Assembly: GCA_900319675.1 (NCBI GenBank)
Contig: ONPK01000001.1
Span: 1-62,449 of the forward strand
Reading direction: 5' to 3'
Source of the DNA: an uncultured Bacillota bacterium
GTDB taxonomy: Bacteria > Bacillota_I > Bacilli_A > Erysipelotrichales > Erysipelotrichaceae
DNA length: 62,449 nucleotides
The notes beneath the pieces were generated by a model. It was not told where the DNA came from and did no database searches. It worked only from the letters and a program-made list of their open reading frames with translations. This document shows positions 9,789 to 18,323 of this stretch, piece by piece; position 1 is the first letter of the stretch; each line of letters opens with the position of its first letter. Made by a program: the position numbers and the translations under genes.

Positions 9789-10691
9789 ATGAAGATCCTG
9801 TGTTTTGACGTAGGCGGTACCAATACCAAGTACGCAGTCCTGGATGAGGAACTGAATCTGACTCACAAGGGAAGATTTCCCACCATTTATTCATCTCTTG
9901 ATGACTTCATCAGGGGAATTGAAAAGATATACGAAGAGGTAGCTGAGGAGGTCAGCGGCTTTGCCATGTCAATGCCGGGAGTAATTGATCCGGTGACCGG
10001 GTATGTTAAGTTCGGTGGCTCACTTGTCAGCATCATCAGAGATATCAATCTTAAGGATCTGATTAAGGAAAGACTGGGCTGTCCGGTATCAATTGCCAAT
10101 GACGCCAAATGCGCTGCCATGGCTGAGGTTGGGTACGGTTCTCTGAAGGACAGCAGAAATGCCATTGTCATCACTCTGGGCACCGGAATAGGCGGATGCC
10201 TGGTCTATAACAGGGAAGTAGTATACGGAAGCCATCTGTATTCGGGAGAATTCTCCTTCATCAGGCCGGGATTTGACAGAGACAGGGTAATACCGTGGGC
10301 ACACCGTAACGGTGCTGCCGGCTTGCTGGCCAGAGTTCAGGAGCAGCTGGGTACGGATCAGCAGTTTACCGGTGAGGAGATATTCGCAATGGCTGAAGAA
10401 GGAAACGAAAGGGTACTGGCAGCGCTTGACCAGTTCACCTATGAACTGGCAAGGCAGCTCTATAATCTGCAGTGCGTCTTTGACCCGGAAAAGGTCGCCA
10501 TAGGAGGCGGCATAAGCGAACAGCCTCTGCTGTTTGAGATGCTGGAAAAAAACCTGGAAGCAGTCGGAGAGCAGTTTGGCCGGATGTCTCCGCCAAAACC
10601 TCAGGTCGTGACCTGTCAGTTCAATAATGACTCAAACCTGCTGGGTGCCATGTACAAGTTCCTGCAGGACAGGGAAAAGGGAATAAATTAA
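9789..10691 (+). CDS. ROK-family sugar kinase
   Basis: MKILCFDVGGTNTKYAV, ANDAKCAAMAE, TLGTGIGG. SD GGAGGG lies upstream of ATG 9789. Confidence 0.85.
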   Translation: MKILCFDVGGTNTKYAVLDEELNLTHKGRFPTIYSSLDDFIRGIEKIYEEVAEEVSGFAMSMPGVIDPVTGYVKFGGSLVSIIRDINLKDLIKERLGCPVSIANDAKCAAMAEVGYGSLKDSRNAIVITLGTGIGGCLVYNREVVYGSHLYSGEFSFIRPGFDRDRVIPWAHRNGAAGLLARVQEQLGTDQQFTGEEIFAMAEEGNERVLAALDQFTYELARQLYNLQCVFDPEKVAIGGGISEQPLLFEMLEKNLEAVGEQFGRMSPPKPQVVTCQFNNDSNLLGAMYKFLQDREKGIN

Positions 10692-10717
10692 AAATAGTTC
10701 GTAATGAACTATTTTTT
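10692..10717. terminator. Bidirectional terminator
   Basis: 9-bp stem AAATAGTTC/GAACTATTT flanked by an A-run and a T-run. It overlaps the stop of the minus-strand ORF. Confidence 0.7.
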
Positions 10718-11017
10718 ATCTTCTGTAATCGTTGTTCTGTTCATGTAATCCGCTGTCTTCCAGTAGGATCTTATCAGTCTTATCTTTCTCCACACCGTTT
10801 CCACCAGTTCCTGGTAATTCCGCTGGGCGTATTCCTGACAGTTGTGGAACTCAAAATCAAGCCTGTTTGTCTCAACGTCATAGTAAAAGTCAACGAAGCC
10901 GGTTCGGCTTTCGTTTCTTTCCAGTTCCTTAAGGTATTCAGGATCCTTGCTGGAAACGACGTAGGTTCCTTTGACGTACTTATCCTTGTCGTGTCTGACA
11001 GACTGTTGTATGAACAT
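10709..11017 (-). CDS. Hypothetical protein (102 aa), cotranscribed with the TetR gene
   Basis: Long ORF downstream of TetR on the same strand, ending in the terminator. No recognisable motifs. Confidence 0.55.
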   Translation of the reverse strand: MFIQQSVRHDKDKYVKGTYVVSSKDPEYLKELERNESRTGFVDFYYDVETNRLDFEFHNCQEYAQRNYQELVETVWRKIRLIRSYWKTADYMNRTTITEDKK

Positions 11018-11079
11018 TATTCAGCCTCCGGTAACATAATTATAAATTTTTGGTATTCCGACGACAATCAGATTCGTTT

Positions 11080-11637
11080 TTACCTGTATTGTCTTCCCTG
11101 TTTGAAAATCATGTAGACTTCAGAGATTTCTTCAGCACTAAGCGCATAATTGTGAACGATCCATGCCTCCATCATCTGCAGGAATCCTCCAAACAGGAAT
11201 GAGTCATAGTATTCCCTTAATGCCTCATCGCCTTTGACGCTTGGAGCCGTCATTCTCTGGTAGGCCATGTAATTGGACACTATTTTGATCAGACGCGTCT
11301 TGAAATGAGGGAAAAGTCCCTTGGCATAAAGCAGTGACAGAAGATCCTTCTTGTCTTCCCAGTACTTGAAGAAGGAAGAAACAATCTCCTGAGCCGGTGA
11401 GTGGTACCAGGAAACGCTTTCCAATGCAGATGTCATGTGATGATCGATGCTGTAATCGATGAGATCGTACAGATCGTCGCAGTTGCGGTAGAAAGTCTTT
11501 CTGGTAATGTTGCAGTTCTGACAGAGCTCCGTTATCGAGATGTCATTAAATGATTTTTTCCTCAGCAAATCATATAGAGAGTCGGATAATGAATCAAGCG
11601 AATATATGACCTGCTTGTTCGTAGATGTGTTATACAT
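11080..11637 (-). CDS. TetR/AcrR-family transcriptional regulator
   Basis: N-terminal HTH: FNDISITELCQNCNITRKTFYRNCDDLYDL. Confidence 0.85.
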   Translation of the reverse strand: MYNTSTNKQVIYSLDSLSDSLYDLLRKKSFNDISITELCQNCNITRKTFYRNCDDLYDLIDYSIDHHMTSALESVSWYHSPAQEIVSSFFKYWEDKKDLLSLLYAKGLFPHFKTRLIKIVSNYMAYQRMTAPSVKGDEALREYYDSFLFGGFLQMMEAWIVHNYALSAEEISEVYMIFKQGRQYR

Positions 11638-11715
11638 GATACAAATGTCCCTTCTATGTATATTTTACTTCAAGATCATTGAGTTTTAAATAGTAATGCT
11701 TTTATACTATGTTCG

Positions 11716-11739
11716 TTAATAAGTCTCAGGACTTGTTAA
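11716..11739. promoter_or_regulatory. Imperfect palindrome, candidate operator in the TetR/zur divergent region
   Basis: TTAATAAGTC-TCAG-GACTTGTTAA (9 of 10 arm positions complementary). Confidence 0.35.
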
Positions 11740-11814
11740 TATACTACCCCCAGGAAGAGTTGCTTAGGCAATTCTTTCTTTTTTTTGTATTTGTGCTATA
11801 CTGTATTAGCAAAA

Positions 11815-11831
11815 TTGAAAATGGTTTTCAA
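11815..11831. promoter_or_regulatory. Perfect inverted repeat immediately upstream of the zur start, candidate Fur-family operator
   Basis: TTGAAAA-TGG-TTTTCAA, downstream of an extended -10 (TGCTATACT at 11794-11802). Confidence 0.35.
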
Positions 11832-11834
11832 ATT

Positions 11835-12248
11835 ATGAGAAAAAAGAACTACACTACAGTCCAGAAAGACACAGTATTGAACTATCTGAAAGATAACCCG
11901 GGCAGACATGTAAACGCCAGGGATGTTTATGATGAACTGAAGAAACAGGAAGAGAAGATAGGTCTGACTACGGTTTACCGCCACCTGGAAAAGCTTGTTC
12001 AGGAAGGACAGGTCATCAGATCGGTAATTGATGAGAATACACCGGCATGTTACGAGTATACGGGCTGTGAAGACAGCCACTGCTATCACTTCAAGTGCAT
12101 AAGGTGCGGAAGGATCGAGCACATTCACTGCGATGAGATAACCATCCTGGAAAACCACATCAGTAATGAGCATAACTTTACGATCATGCCGAGAATGACC
12201 GTGTTCTACGGTTTATGTGAGGAGTGCAGAAAACATGAAGAGGCTTAG
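11835..12248 (+). CDS. zur: Fur-family metalloregulator, probably Zur
   Basis: Winged helix (GLTTVYRHLEKLVQEG), CxxC..CxxC (CIRCG..CEEC). Directly upstream of, and overlapping, znuA. Confidence 0.8.
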   Translation: MRKKNYTTVQKDTVLNYLKDNPGRHVNARDVYDELKKQEEKIGLTTVYRHLEKLVQEGQVIRSVIDENTPACYEYTGCEDSHCYHFKCIRCGRIEHIHCDEITILENHISNEHNFTIMPRMTVFYGLCEECRKHEEA

Positions 12249-13191
12249 AAAGACCATTCTGGTCATCCTGTGCATTTTCATGTTAATGATGACTGGGTGT
12301 TCCGGTAACGGAGAGCACGAAAATGAAAAGATAAAAGTCGTTACGACCATATTCCCGCTGTATGACTGGGCCAGAAACATCATTGGAGACAGTGAAGACA
12401 TTGAACTCGTTCTGTTAATGAGTAACGGCTCGGATCTGCATAATTACCAGCCTTCAGTAAACGACATCATTAAGGTTACAGACTGCGATCTGTTCATTCA
12501 GGTCGGTGGCGAATCTGATGAATGGGCAAATGATCTGGTCAGGGAGAGAGAAAAGAGCGGCAGAAGTAACCTCAACCTCATGGATAATCTGGGTGATTAT
12601 CTGAGAATTGAGGAAAGAGTTGAGGGGATGCAGGCAGAAGAGGAAGAGGAAGACGAATTTGATGAGCACATATGGCTGTCACTGAAGATAGCTCAGAAGG
12701 CCTGCGAACTGATCAGGAATGAACTGTCTGCCCTGGATAAGAGAAACGGCAGTAAGTATGCAAATAACTGTGCTGAATACTGCAAATCACTGCAGAAACT
12801 GGACGATGATTACAGGAAGACGGTCGTTGAAGCAAAGAGAAACGTCATAATGTTTGCCGACAGGTTCCCCTTCAGATACATGACTGAAGACTATGGACTG
12901 GAATATTACGCGGCGTTCAGAGGATGCTCAGCTGAATCTGAAGCCAGCTTTGAGACGATAAAGTTCCTGGCTGAAAAGGCGGATGAAAGGGAACTTGATT
13001 ACATACTGATCCTGGAAAACAACGACGGCAGGATCGCCAGGACGATCATCGAAAACACGGTTAACAAGAATCAGGAGATCGTGGCAATCGATTCTCTGCA
13101 GTCGGTAACCGGGCAGGATGCCGATAACGGCACAGGTTATCTGCAGATCATGCAGAAAAACCTGGAAGTATTGAGAAAGGTATTGAACTAG
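12235..13191 (+). CDS. znuA: Zinc ABC transporter substrate-binding lipoprotein
   Basis: Lipobox MMTGC, cluster-9 SBP fold (TTIFPLYDW, HNYQPS, DEHIWLS), acidic loop EEEEEDEFDEH. Confidence 0.85.
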   Translation: MKRLRKTILVILCIFMLMMTGCSGNGEHENEKIKVVTTIFPLYDWARNIIGDSEDIELVLLMSNGSDLHNYQPSVNDIIKVTDCDLFIQVGGESDEWANDLVREREKSGRSNLNLMDNLGDYLRIEERVEGMQAEEEEEDEFDEHIWLSLKIAQKACELIRNELSALDKRNGSKYANNCAEYCKSLQKLDDDYRKTVVEAKRNVIMFADRFPFRYMTEDYGLEYYAAFRGCSAESEASFETIKFLAEKADERELDYILILENNDGRIARTIIENTVNKNQEIVAIDSLQSVTGQDADNGTGYLQIMQKNLEVLRKVLN

Positions 13192-13192
13192 C

Positions 13193-13888
13193 ATGTTACT
13201 TGAGGTAAATAAGCTTTCATTTGGATATGACAGAAAGGAGATCGTCAGAAATCTCAGTTTTACCGTGGAAAAGGGAGACTATCTCTGCGTCATAGGTGAA
13301 AACGGAGCAGGAAAGACCACGCTGATCAAGGTATTGCTGAATCTGAAGAAGCCATACAGCGGTACCATTACCTTTTCAGATGGATTAACTCAGCACGAAA
13401 TCGGCTATCTGCCTCAGCATACCTCCGTTCAGAAGGATTTTCCGGCAACGGTTCGGGAAATCGTTCTGTCGGGATGTCTGGGCAGACTTGGCAAAAAGTT
13501 CTTCTATGATGAAGAAGACCGCAAACTGGCTGATGAGAGCATCAGAAGAATGAAGATAGAATCTCTGGCCGACAGATGCTATAACGAGCTTTCCGGCGGT
13601 CAGCAGCAGCGCGTTCTTCTGGCAAGATGTCTTTGCGCGACCAGAAAGCTGATCATACTTGACGAACCATCAACCAGCCTTGACTATGAAACGACATGTG
13701 AAATGTATCAGCTGATAGCTCAGCTTAACAGGGAAGGCATTGCCATAATCATGATTTCTCACGATTTGGATAAGGCCCTTGATCAGGCAAAGCACATTCT
13801 GTTGCTTGAAGATGAAGACAGCTTCTTCGGTACCAGAGATGAGTATCTGGAAAACAGGAGAAAGGCCAGGGTGATCAGCAATGATTAG
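13193..13888 (+). CDS. znuC: Zinc ABC transporter ATP-binding protein
   Basis: Walker A GENGAGKTT, signature LSGGQQQR, Walker B ILDEP. Confidence 0.88.
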   Translation: MLLEVNKLSFGYDRKEIVRNLSFTVEKGDYLCVIGENGAGKTTLIKVLLNLKKPYSGTITFSDGLTQHEIGYLPQHTSVQKDFPATVREIVLSGCLGRLGKKFFYDEEDRKLADESIRRMKIESLADRCYNELSGGQQQRVLLARCLCATRKLIILDEPSTSLDYETTCEMYQLIAQLNREGIAIIMISHDLDKALDQAKHILLLEDEDSFFGTRDEYLENRRKARVISND

Positions 13889-14720
13889 GGAATTATTGGT
13901 CTATCTGAGCTACCCGTTTGTCCGCTATGCCTTCATAGCCGGAATACTGATAGCCCTGTGTTCTTCATTATTAGGCGTAATACTGGTGTTAAAGAGATAT
14001 TCATACATTGGAGATGGACTTTCTCATGTAGCCTTTGGGGCAATGAGCGTGGCCCTGGTCCTTGATCTGGTGAAGGAGAAGATGTTCATCATACTGCCGG
14101 TTACGATCATAACGGCTGTACTGTTATTAAGACATGGGCAGAAAGCCAGGATAAACGGCGATGCCAGAATAGCGATGCTTTCAGTAGGATCACTGGCACT
14201 GGGTTATCTGTTAATGAACGTATTCAAGGTGTCTTCCAATGTATCGGCAGACGTCTGTACGACTTTGTTTGGTTCAACGTCCATTCTTACCCTGACCAAG
14301 GGTGAGGTATGGCTGTGCTCAATACTGTCTTTGCTGGTAGTTGTACTGTTTGTATTGATGTATAACCGCATCTTTGCGGTAACCTTTGATGAGACCTTTG
14401 CTCAGGCAACCGGTACCAGAACGGACATCTACAATCTGGTTCTGGCCATTGTCATCGCCGTCATCATCGTACTGTCAATGAATCTTGTCGGTTCCCTGCT
14501 GATTTCGGCACTGGTAATATTCCCGGCCGTAACGGCAATGCAGCTGTTCAAGAGTTTCAGGAACGTTACGATAGCTTCTGCGCTGATTTCAGTGGTATGT
14601 GCCTGCTGCGGACTGATGGTTGCCGTATTCAGAGGAACGCCGGTCGGATCTACAATCGTTGTGGCAGATTTGGTAGTTTTCGTAATTTTCTATATAATAA
14701 GTATTGTCAGGAGCAGATAA
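13881..14720 (+). CDS. znuB: Zinc ABC transporter permease
   Basis: About 8 TM helices, ABC-3 family layout, overlaps the znuC end. Confidence 0.85.
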   Translation: MIRELLVYLSYPFVRYAFIAGILIALCSSLLGVILVLKRYSYIGDGLSHVAFGAMSVALVLDLVKEKMFIILPVTIITAVLLLRHGQKARINGDARIAMLSVGSLALGYLLMNVFKVSSNVSADVCTTLFGSTSILTLTKGEVWLCSILSLLVVVLFVLMYNRIFAVTFDETFAQATGTRTDIYNLVLAIVIAVIIVLSMNLVGSLLISALVIFPAVTAMQLFKSFRNVTIASALISVVCACCGLMVAVFRGTPVGSTIVVADLVVFVIFYIISIVRSR

Positions 14721-15209
14721 ATGAAGAAACTGGTTTTATGCTTAGTGATATTGCTGATGATGGCAGGCTGCGGAAAGAAGGAAGAACCTGTCGCTGTTGA
14801 TGATGGCCCGAAGGTTACGGTCACTGTTGATACGACAGAACCCGAGAAACAGCCGGAAGAGGAAAAGGAACTGATCGACATTTCCTTCATGAACGGCAAC
14901 ATGATCTACAGTGAGATATACAACATGACGGTATCCCCGGAGGAATACAACGGCAAGAGGATCAGAGTAAAGGGTCAGTTTGCCATTGGTGAGGATCCAA
15001 ACGGCAACCGCATTTTCGGCTGCATCGTTCCTGATGCACTGGGCTGCTGCCAGCAGGGTCTGGGCTTTGAATTAAGCGAAGCCAGAAAATATCCAGAAGA
15101 ATATCCTTCAACCGGTGAAGAGATCATCATTGAAGGAGAGTTTACCTATACCGAGAACGAATTCATGGTAATGATCGTTCTGAAGAACGCAAAGATGGAA
15201 AATGCCTAG
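14721..15209 (+). CDS. Cys-rich lipoprotein of unknown function, abutting znuB
   Basis: Lipobox LMMAGC. Its ATG immediately follows the znuB stop. C-terminal domain carries FGCIVPDALGCCQQG. Confidence 0.65.
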   Translation: MKKLVLCLVILLMMAGCGKKEEPVAVDDGPKVTVTVDTTEPEKQPEEEKELIDISFMNGNMIYSEIYNMTVSPEEYNGKRIRVKGQFAIGEDPNGNRIFGCIVPDALGCCQQGLGFELSEARKYPEEYPSTGEEIIIEGEFTYTENEFMVMIVLKNAKMENA

Positions 15210-15771
15210 AATGGATACCAACATACTTACCAAGACCACATTGTTAGCCGAAAACCTCTGGCTATCCTATCTGAACGAAGACAGCGTGACCGTGGACGCT
15301 ACGGCAGGAAACGGAGAAGACACGCTTTTTCTTTCAAGGCTGAGTCGAAAGGTATACAGCTTTGACATTCAGCAGGAAGCACTGGACAATACTGCAGATC
15401 TGTTGAAGAAACATGAGCGTGACAATGTCGTACTGATTCACGATTCTCACGAAAACATGGACATGTACGTTAAGGAGCAGCCTGATCTTGTTGTCTTCAA
15501 TCTGGGCTATCTGCCTGATGGCAACAAGTCGATCACGACGAAAACCGATTCTACCCTTACTGCTCTGAAAAAGAGCCTGGAAATGATCAGAGTGAACGGA
15601 CTTGTAAGCATAGTGATGTACTGGGGACACGAAGAAGGCAAGAAGGAAAGACAGGCCATTCTGGATTTCAGTGAAAAGCTTGATTCAGGAAAATACCATT
15701 GCGTATATCTGAACATGCTGAATCAGAAGAACTGTCCTCCGGAAATCATCCTGATAACAAAGAAAAAATAA
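15202..15771 (+). CDS. mnmM: SAM-dependent methyltransferase, YtqB/MnmM-like
   Basis: VDATAGNGEDTLFL, FNLGYLPDGNKSITTK, YWGHEEGKKE. Resembles B. subtilis YtqB as recalled. Confidence 0.7.
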   Translation: MPRMDTNILTKTTLLAENLWLSYLNEDSVTVDATAGNGEDTLFLSRLSRKVYSFDIQQEALDNTADLLKKHERDNVVLIHDSHENMDMYVKEQPDLVVFNLGYLPDGNKSITTKTDSTLTALKKSLEMIRVNGLVSIVMYWGHEEGKKERQAILDFSEKLDSGKYHCVYLNMLNQKNCPPEIILITKKK

Positions 15772-15794
15772 CTGAGCAAGCGCTCAGTTATTTT
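15769..15794. terminator. Bidirectional terminator
   Basis: 9-bp stem TAACTGAGC/GCTCAGTTA, A-run upstream and TTTT downstream. Contains the GtrA stop. Confidence 0.75.
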
Positions 15795-16176
15795 CAGGTT
15801 TGAATACTACGTACTTCTGGAACAGGAATTCCGTTATGAAGTTGACAAGCATCGTGAATACAAGTATGACGTAATCATTGATGCCAAGACTGGTAAGGGC
15901 GTGACCCCACCAGGTTGATAACGGCGTGAATACCAGATAGTACAGGAAGACCTGGAACATGGCCTTTGGAACGTTATTGGCTGACTTGAAGGTATACTTG
16001 CGGTTAAAAGTGAAGTTCCACAGTACCGACAGAGTCAGTGAGATGAGATAACTTGGCCAGTAAGGAAGATGCAGTACTTCCTCAAACAGCGAAAAGCTGA
16101 CTACCTGAATGATTCCGGCTGACGCAGCGATGAGTGCGTACTTGATGAACTGTAAAAATGTCTGCTTTTTCTCCAT
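15784..16176 (-). CDS. GtrA-family membrane protein
   Basis: FLQFIKYALIAASAGIIQV.., NFTFNRKYTFKS. SD GGAGGG lies upstream of ATG 16176. The ORF opens at 16230. Confidence 0.8.
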   Translation of the reverse strand: MEKKQTFLQFIKYALIAASAGIIQVVSFSLFEEVLHLPYWPSYLISLTLSVLWNFTFNRKYTFKSANNVPKAMFQVFLYYLVFTPLSTWWGHALTSLGINDYVILVFTMLVNFITEFLFQKYVVFKPENN

Positions 16177-16244
16177 GCCAAAGCCCTCCAAACATAGAAT
16201 TATGATACAATTAAATCGGGGAAGATACAATTGTAAAAATCATT

Positions 16245-16661
16245 ATGGAAATAGAGAGATCGTGTGGAGCGGTGGTTTTCACCAAGGAAAATAAAGACTA
16301 CAGGTTCGTCATAATTCAGTCTCTGGAGGGTACTTACGGTTTCCCGAAGGGGCACATGAAGGATTACGAGACCGAAAGACAGACAGCCATGAGGGAAGTA
16401 AGAGAGGAAACCGGTCTTGATGTAACGATCCTGCCTGATTTCAGGGAACTGGTAGAGTACATAATACCGGTAAACGGTCACCTCAAGAAGGTCACTTACT
16501 ACCTTGCCACGTATCATAACCAGACCCCTGTTCCTCAGCCTGAGGAAGTAAGAAAGATCGTCCTGCTGCCCTATGAAGAGGCCATGGGGGTATTTCAGTA
16601 TGAAAACAACCGCACATTACTGCAGAAGGCCTACAGAACGATTTTGAAAAATAATTACTGA
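16245..16661 (+). CDS. NUDIX hydrolase
   Basis: Nudix box GFPKGHMKDYETERQTAMREVREETGL. Confidence 0.88.
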   Translation: MEIERSCGAVVFTKENKDYRFVIIQSLEGTYGFPKGHMKDYETERQTAMREVREETGLDVTILPDFRELVEYIIPVNGHLKKVTYYLATYHNQTPVPQPEEVRKIVLLPYEEAMGVFQYENNRTLLQKAYRTILKNNY

Positions 16662-16683
16662 AAATACTTTACAAACCCGGGGA

Positions 16684-16813
16684 ATATGGTACCATATCCT
16701 CAAGAGGGAGTAACAGGCACGCAAGTGCAGTTATGTCGTCAATCGGTGGAAACACCCGGCAAACTATAGACTGTGAGACTCATATGCAACGCTGTATATG
16801 GGTCTTTATTTAT
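16684..16813 (+). promoter_or_regulatory. yybP-ykoY (Mn2+) riboswitch-like element with a terminator-like expression platform
   Basis: GAGGGAGUAAC (16704-16714), GNRA hairpin GCAC-GCAA-GUGC, GUCGUCAAU (16735-16743), GGUG-GAAA-CACC then CGGC, GAGAC (16775-16779). A 10-bp hairpin at 16775-16806 is followed by a U-rich tail. Confidence 0.6.
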
Positions 16814-16823
16814 AAGAGGACCG

Positions 16824-16854
16824 GCAGGTACAGCGAAGCAGTACCTGCTTTTTT
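16824..16854 (+). terminator. Strong rho-independent terminator
   Basis: 8-bp stem GCAGGTAC/GTACCTGC followed by TTTTTT. Confidence 0.8.
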
Positions 16855-16901
16855 AGCAGATTGTCATCAGAAAGGTAATTAATGAACAGGAGGTAAGATT
16901 T

Positions 16902-18323
16902 ATGGAGAAGTTAATTCCCTACATTGTGCCGGCATTAATAATCATTGTGGTGATGGTTATTGTGCTGACGGGTTATGTTAAGGCGTCACCTGACGTTGCG
17001 ATCATCATATCAGGACTTAAGAAGACGCCAAGAGTACTGATAGGCAGGGCGGGAATCAAGATTCCCTTCCTGGAAAAGGTTGACCACCTGCATCTTGGTC
17101 AGATATCAGTAGACATCAAGACCGATTCCTACATACCTACCAACGATTTCATCAACGTTAAGGTAGACGCAATTGCGAAGGTGCGTATTGATACATCGCC
17201 TGAGGGCATGTTAAAGGCAGAGCGTAACTTCCTGAACAAGGAACCGCAGGAAATCGCCTACGAGCTGCAGGATTCATTACAGGGCAACATGCGTGAGATA
17301 ATCGGTACCCTTGATCTCAAGACGATCAATACGGACCGTGATTCATTCAGTGACCAGGTAATGGCCAAGGCCAGCAAGGACATGGAAAAACTGGGTATTG
17401 AAATTCTTTCCTGTAACATTCAGAATGTTACTGATGAGAATGGTCTGATCAACGACCTTGGCATGGACAACACATCCAAGATCAAGAAGGACGCTCAGAT
17501 AGCCAGGGCAGAGGCTGACAGAGACGTAGCCATTGCCAAGGCAGAAGCGGACAGAGCCGCAAATGATGCTAGAGTGGCTGCTGAGACTGAAATTGCCAAG
17601 AAGAACAATGAACTGGCCATCAAGCAGGCCGAACTGAAACTGGAAAGTGACAGAAAGCAGGCCATGGCTGATGCAGCCTACGAAATTCAGAAGCAGGAAC
17701 AGCAGAAGTCCATCCAGACCGCTACCGTAAATGCCCAGATCGCCAGAGCCGAAAGAGAGGCCGAACTGAAGCAGAAGGAAGTAGAGATCCGCCAGCAGGA
17801 ACTGGCAGCCACGGTTGAGAAGCAGGCTGACGCCGACAAGTATGCCGTACAGCAGTCTGCAGAGGCTAATATGATCAAGCTTAAGAGAGAGGCTGAAGCC
17901 AAGAAGTATCTTGCCCAGATGGAAGCCGAGGCAATCGAGGCCAAGGGTAAGGCAGAAGCAGAAGCCATCCGCCTGAAGGGCATCGCTGAAGCAGAGGCCA
18001 TGGAAAAGAAGGCTGAAGCCTATCAGAAGTACAACGGTGCTGCAATGGCAGAAATGATGATCAGCATCATGCCGCAGCTGGCTGCTGAGATAGCCAAGCC
18101 AATCAGCGCAATCGATAAGGTTACGATCTATGGCGGCGGAAACGGTGACGGCAGCGTATCCCAGGTGTCAGGAAACATGCCGGTGATCATGAAGCAGGTA
18201 TTTGATACCATGTCAGAAGCCACGGGAGTAGACCTGAGGGAGATTCTGAGGGCAAATACCTACGATGCTAAGGTAAATAAGAACATAAACGTTACCGGAT
18301 TGGATAACGTAGAAGAAAAGTAA
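16902..18323 (+). CDS. floT: Flotillin (SPFH/Band 7 family)
   Basis: N-terminal TM, SPFH domain, long Ala/Glu coiled coil (AEADR.., EAEAKKY..EAEAIEAKGKAEAEA). SD AGGAGG. Confidence 0.85.
   Translation: MEKLIPYIVPALIIIVVMVIVLTGYVKASPDVAIIISGLKKTPRVLIGRAGIKIPFLEKVDHLHLGQISVDIKTDSYIPTNDFINVKVDAIAKVRIDTSPEGMLKAERNFLNKEPQEIAYELQDSLQGNMREIIGTLDLKTINTDRDSFSDQVMAKASKDMEKLGIEILSCNIQNVTDENGLINDLGMDNTSKIKKDAQIARAEADRDVAIAKAEADRAANDARVAAETEIAKKNNELAIKQAELKLESDRKQAMADAAYEIQKQEQQKSIQTATVNAQIARAEREAELKQKEVEIRQQELAATVEKQADADKYAVQQSAEANMIKLKREAEAKKYLAQMEAEAIEAKGKAEAEAIRLKGIAEAEAMEKKAEAYQKYNGAAMAEMMISIMPQLAAEIAKPISAIDKVTIYGGGNGDGSVSQVSGNMPVIMKQVFDTMSEATGVDLREILRANTYDAKVNKNINVTGLDNVEEK

Noticed and set aside
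11709-11834. Long N-terminal extensions in the ORF track. Examples are zur from 11709, rpoE from 49842, the dehydrogenase from 23293, the exporter from 44291, ROK from 9759 and the 52445 start.
   Set aside because: The extensions are non-conserved, often hydrophobic or odd in composition, and cross terminators or promoters. Internal ATGs with an SD and family-typical N-termini fit better.
16684-16697. ATATGGTACCATAT palindrome as a DNA operator (for example for a metalloregulator)
   Set aside because: It lies downstream of any plausible promoter, inside the riboswitch-like transcript. It is better explained as part of the competing RNA helices.
17500-18010. Repetitive GCAGAAGC / GAGGC-rich DNA inside the flotillin gene
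   Set aside because: It encodes the Ala/Glu-rich coiled coil (AEAEA, EAKK repeats) typical of flotillins. This is protein-level low complexity, not a DNA repeat element or CRISPR.
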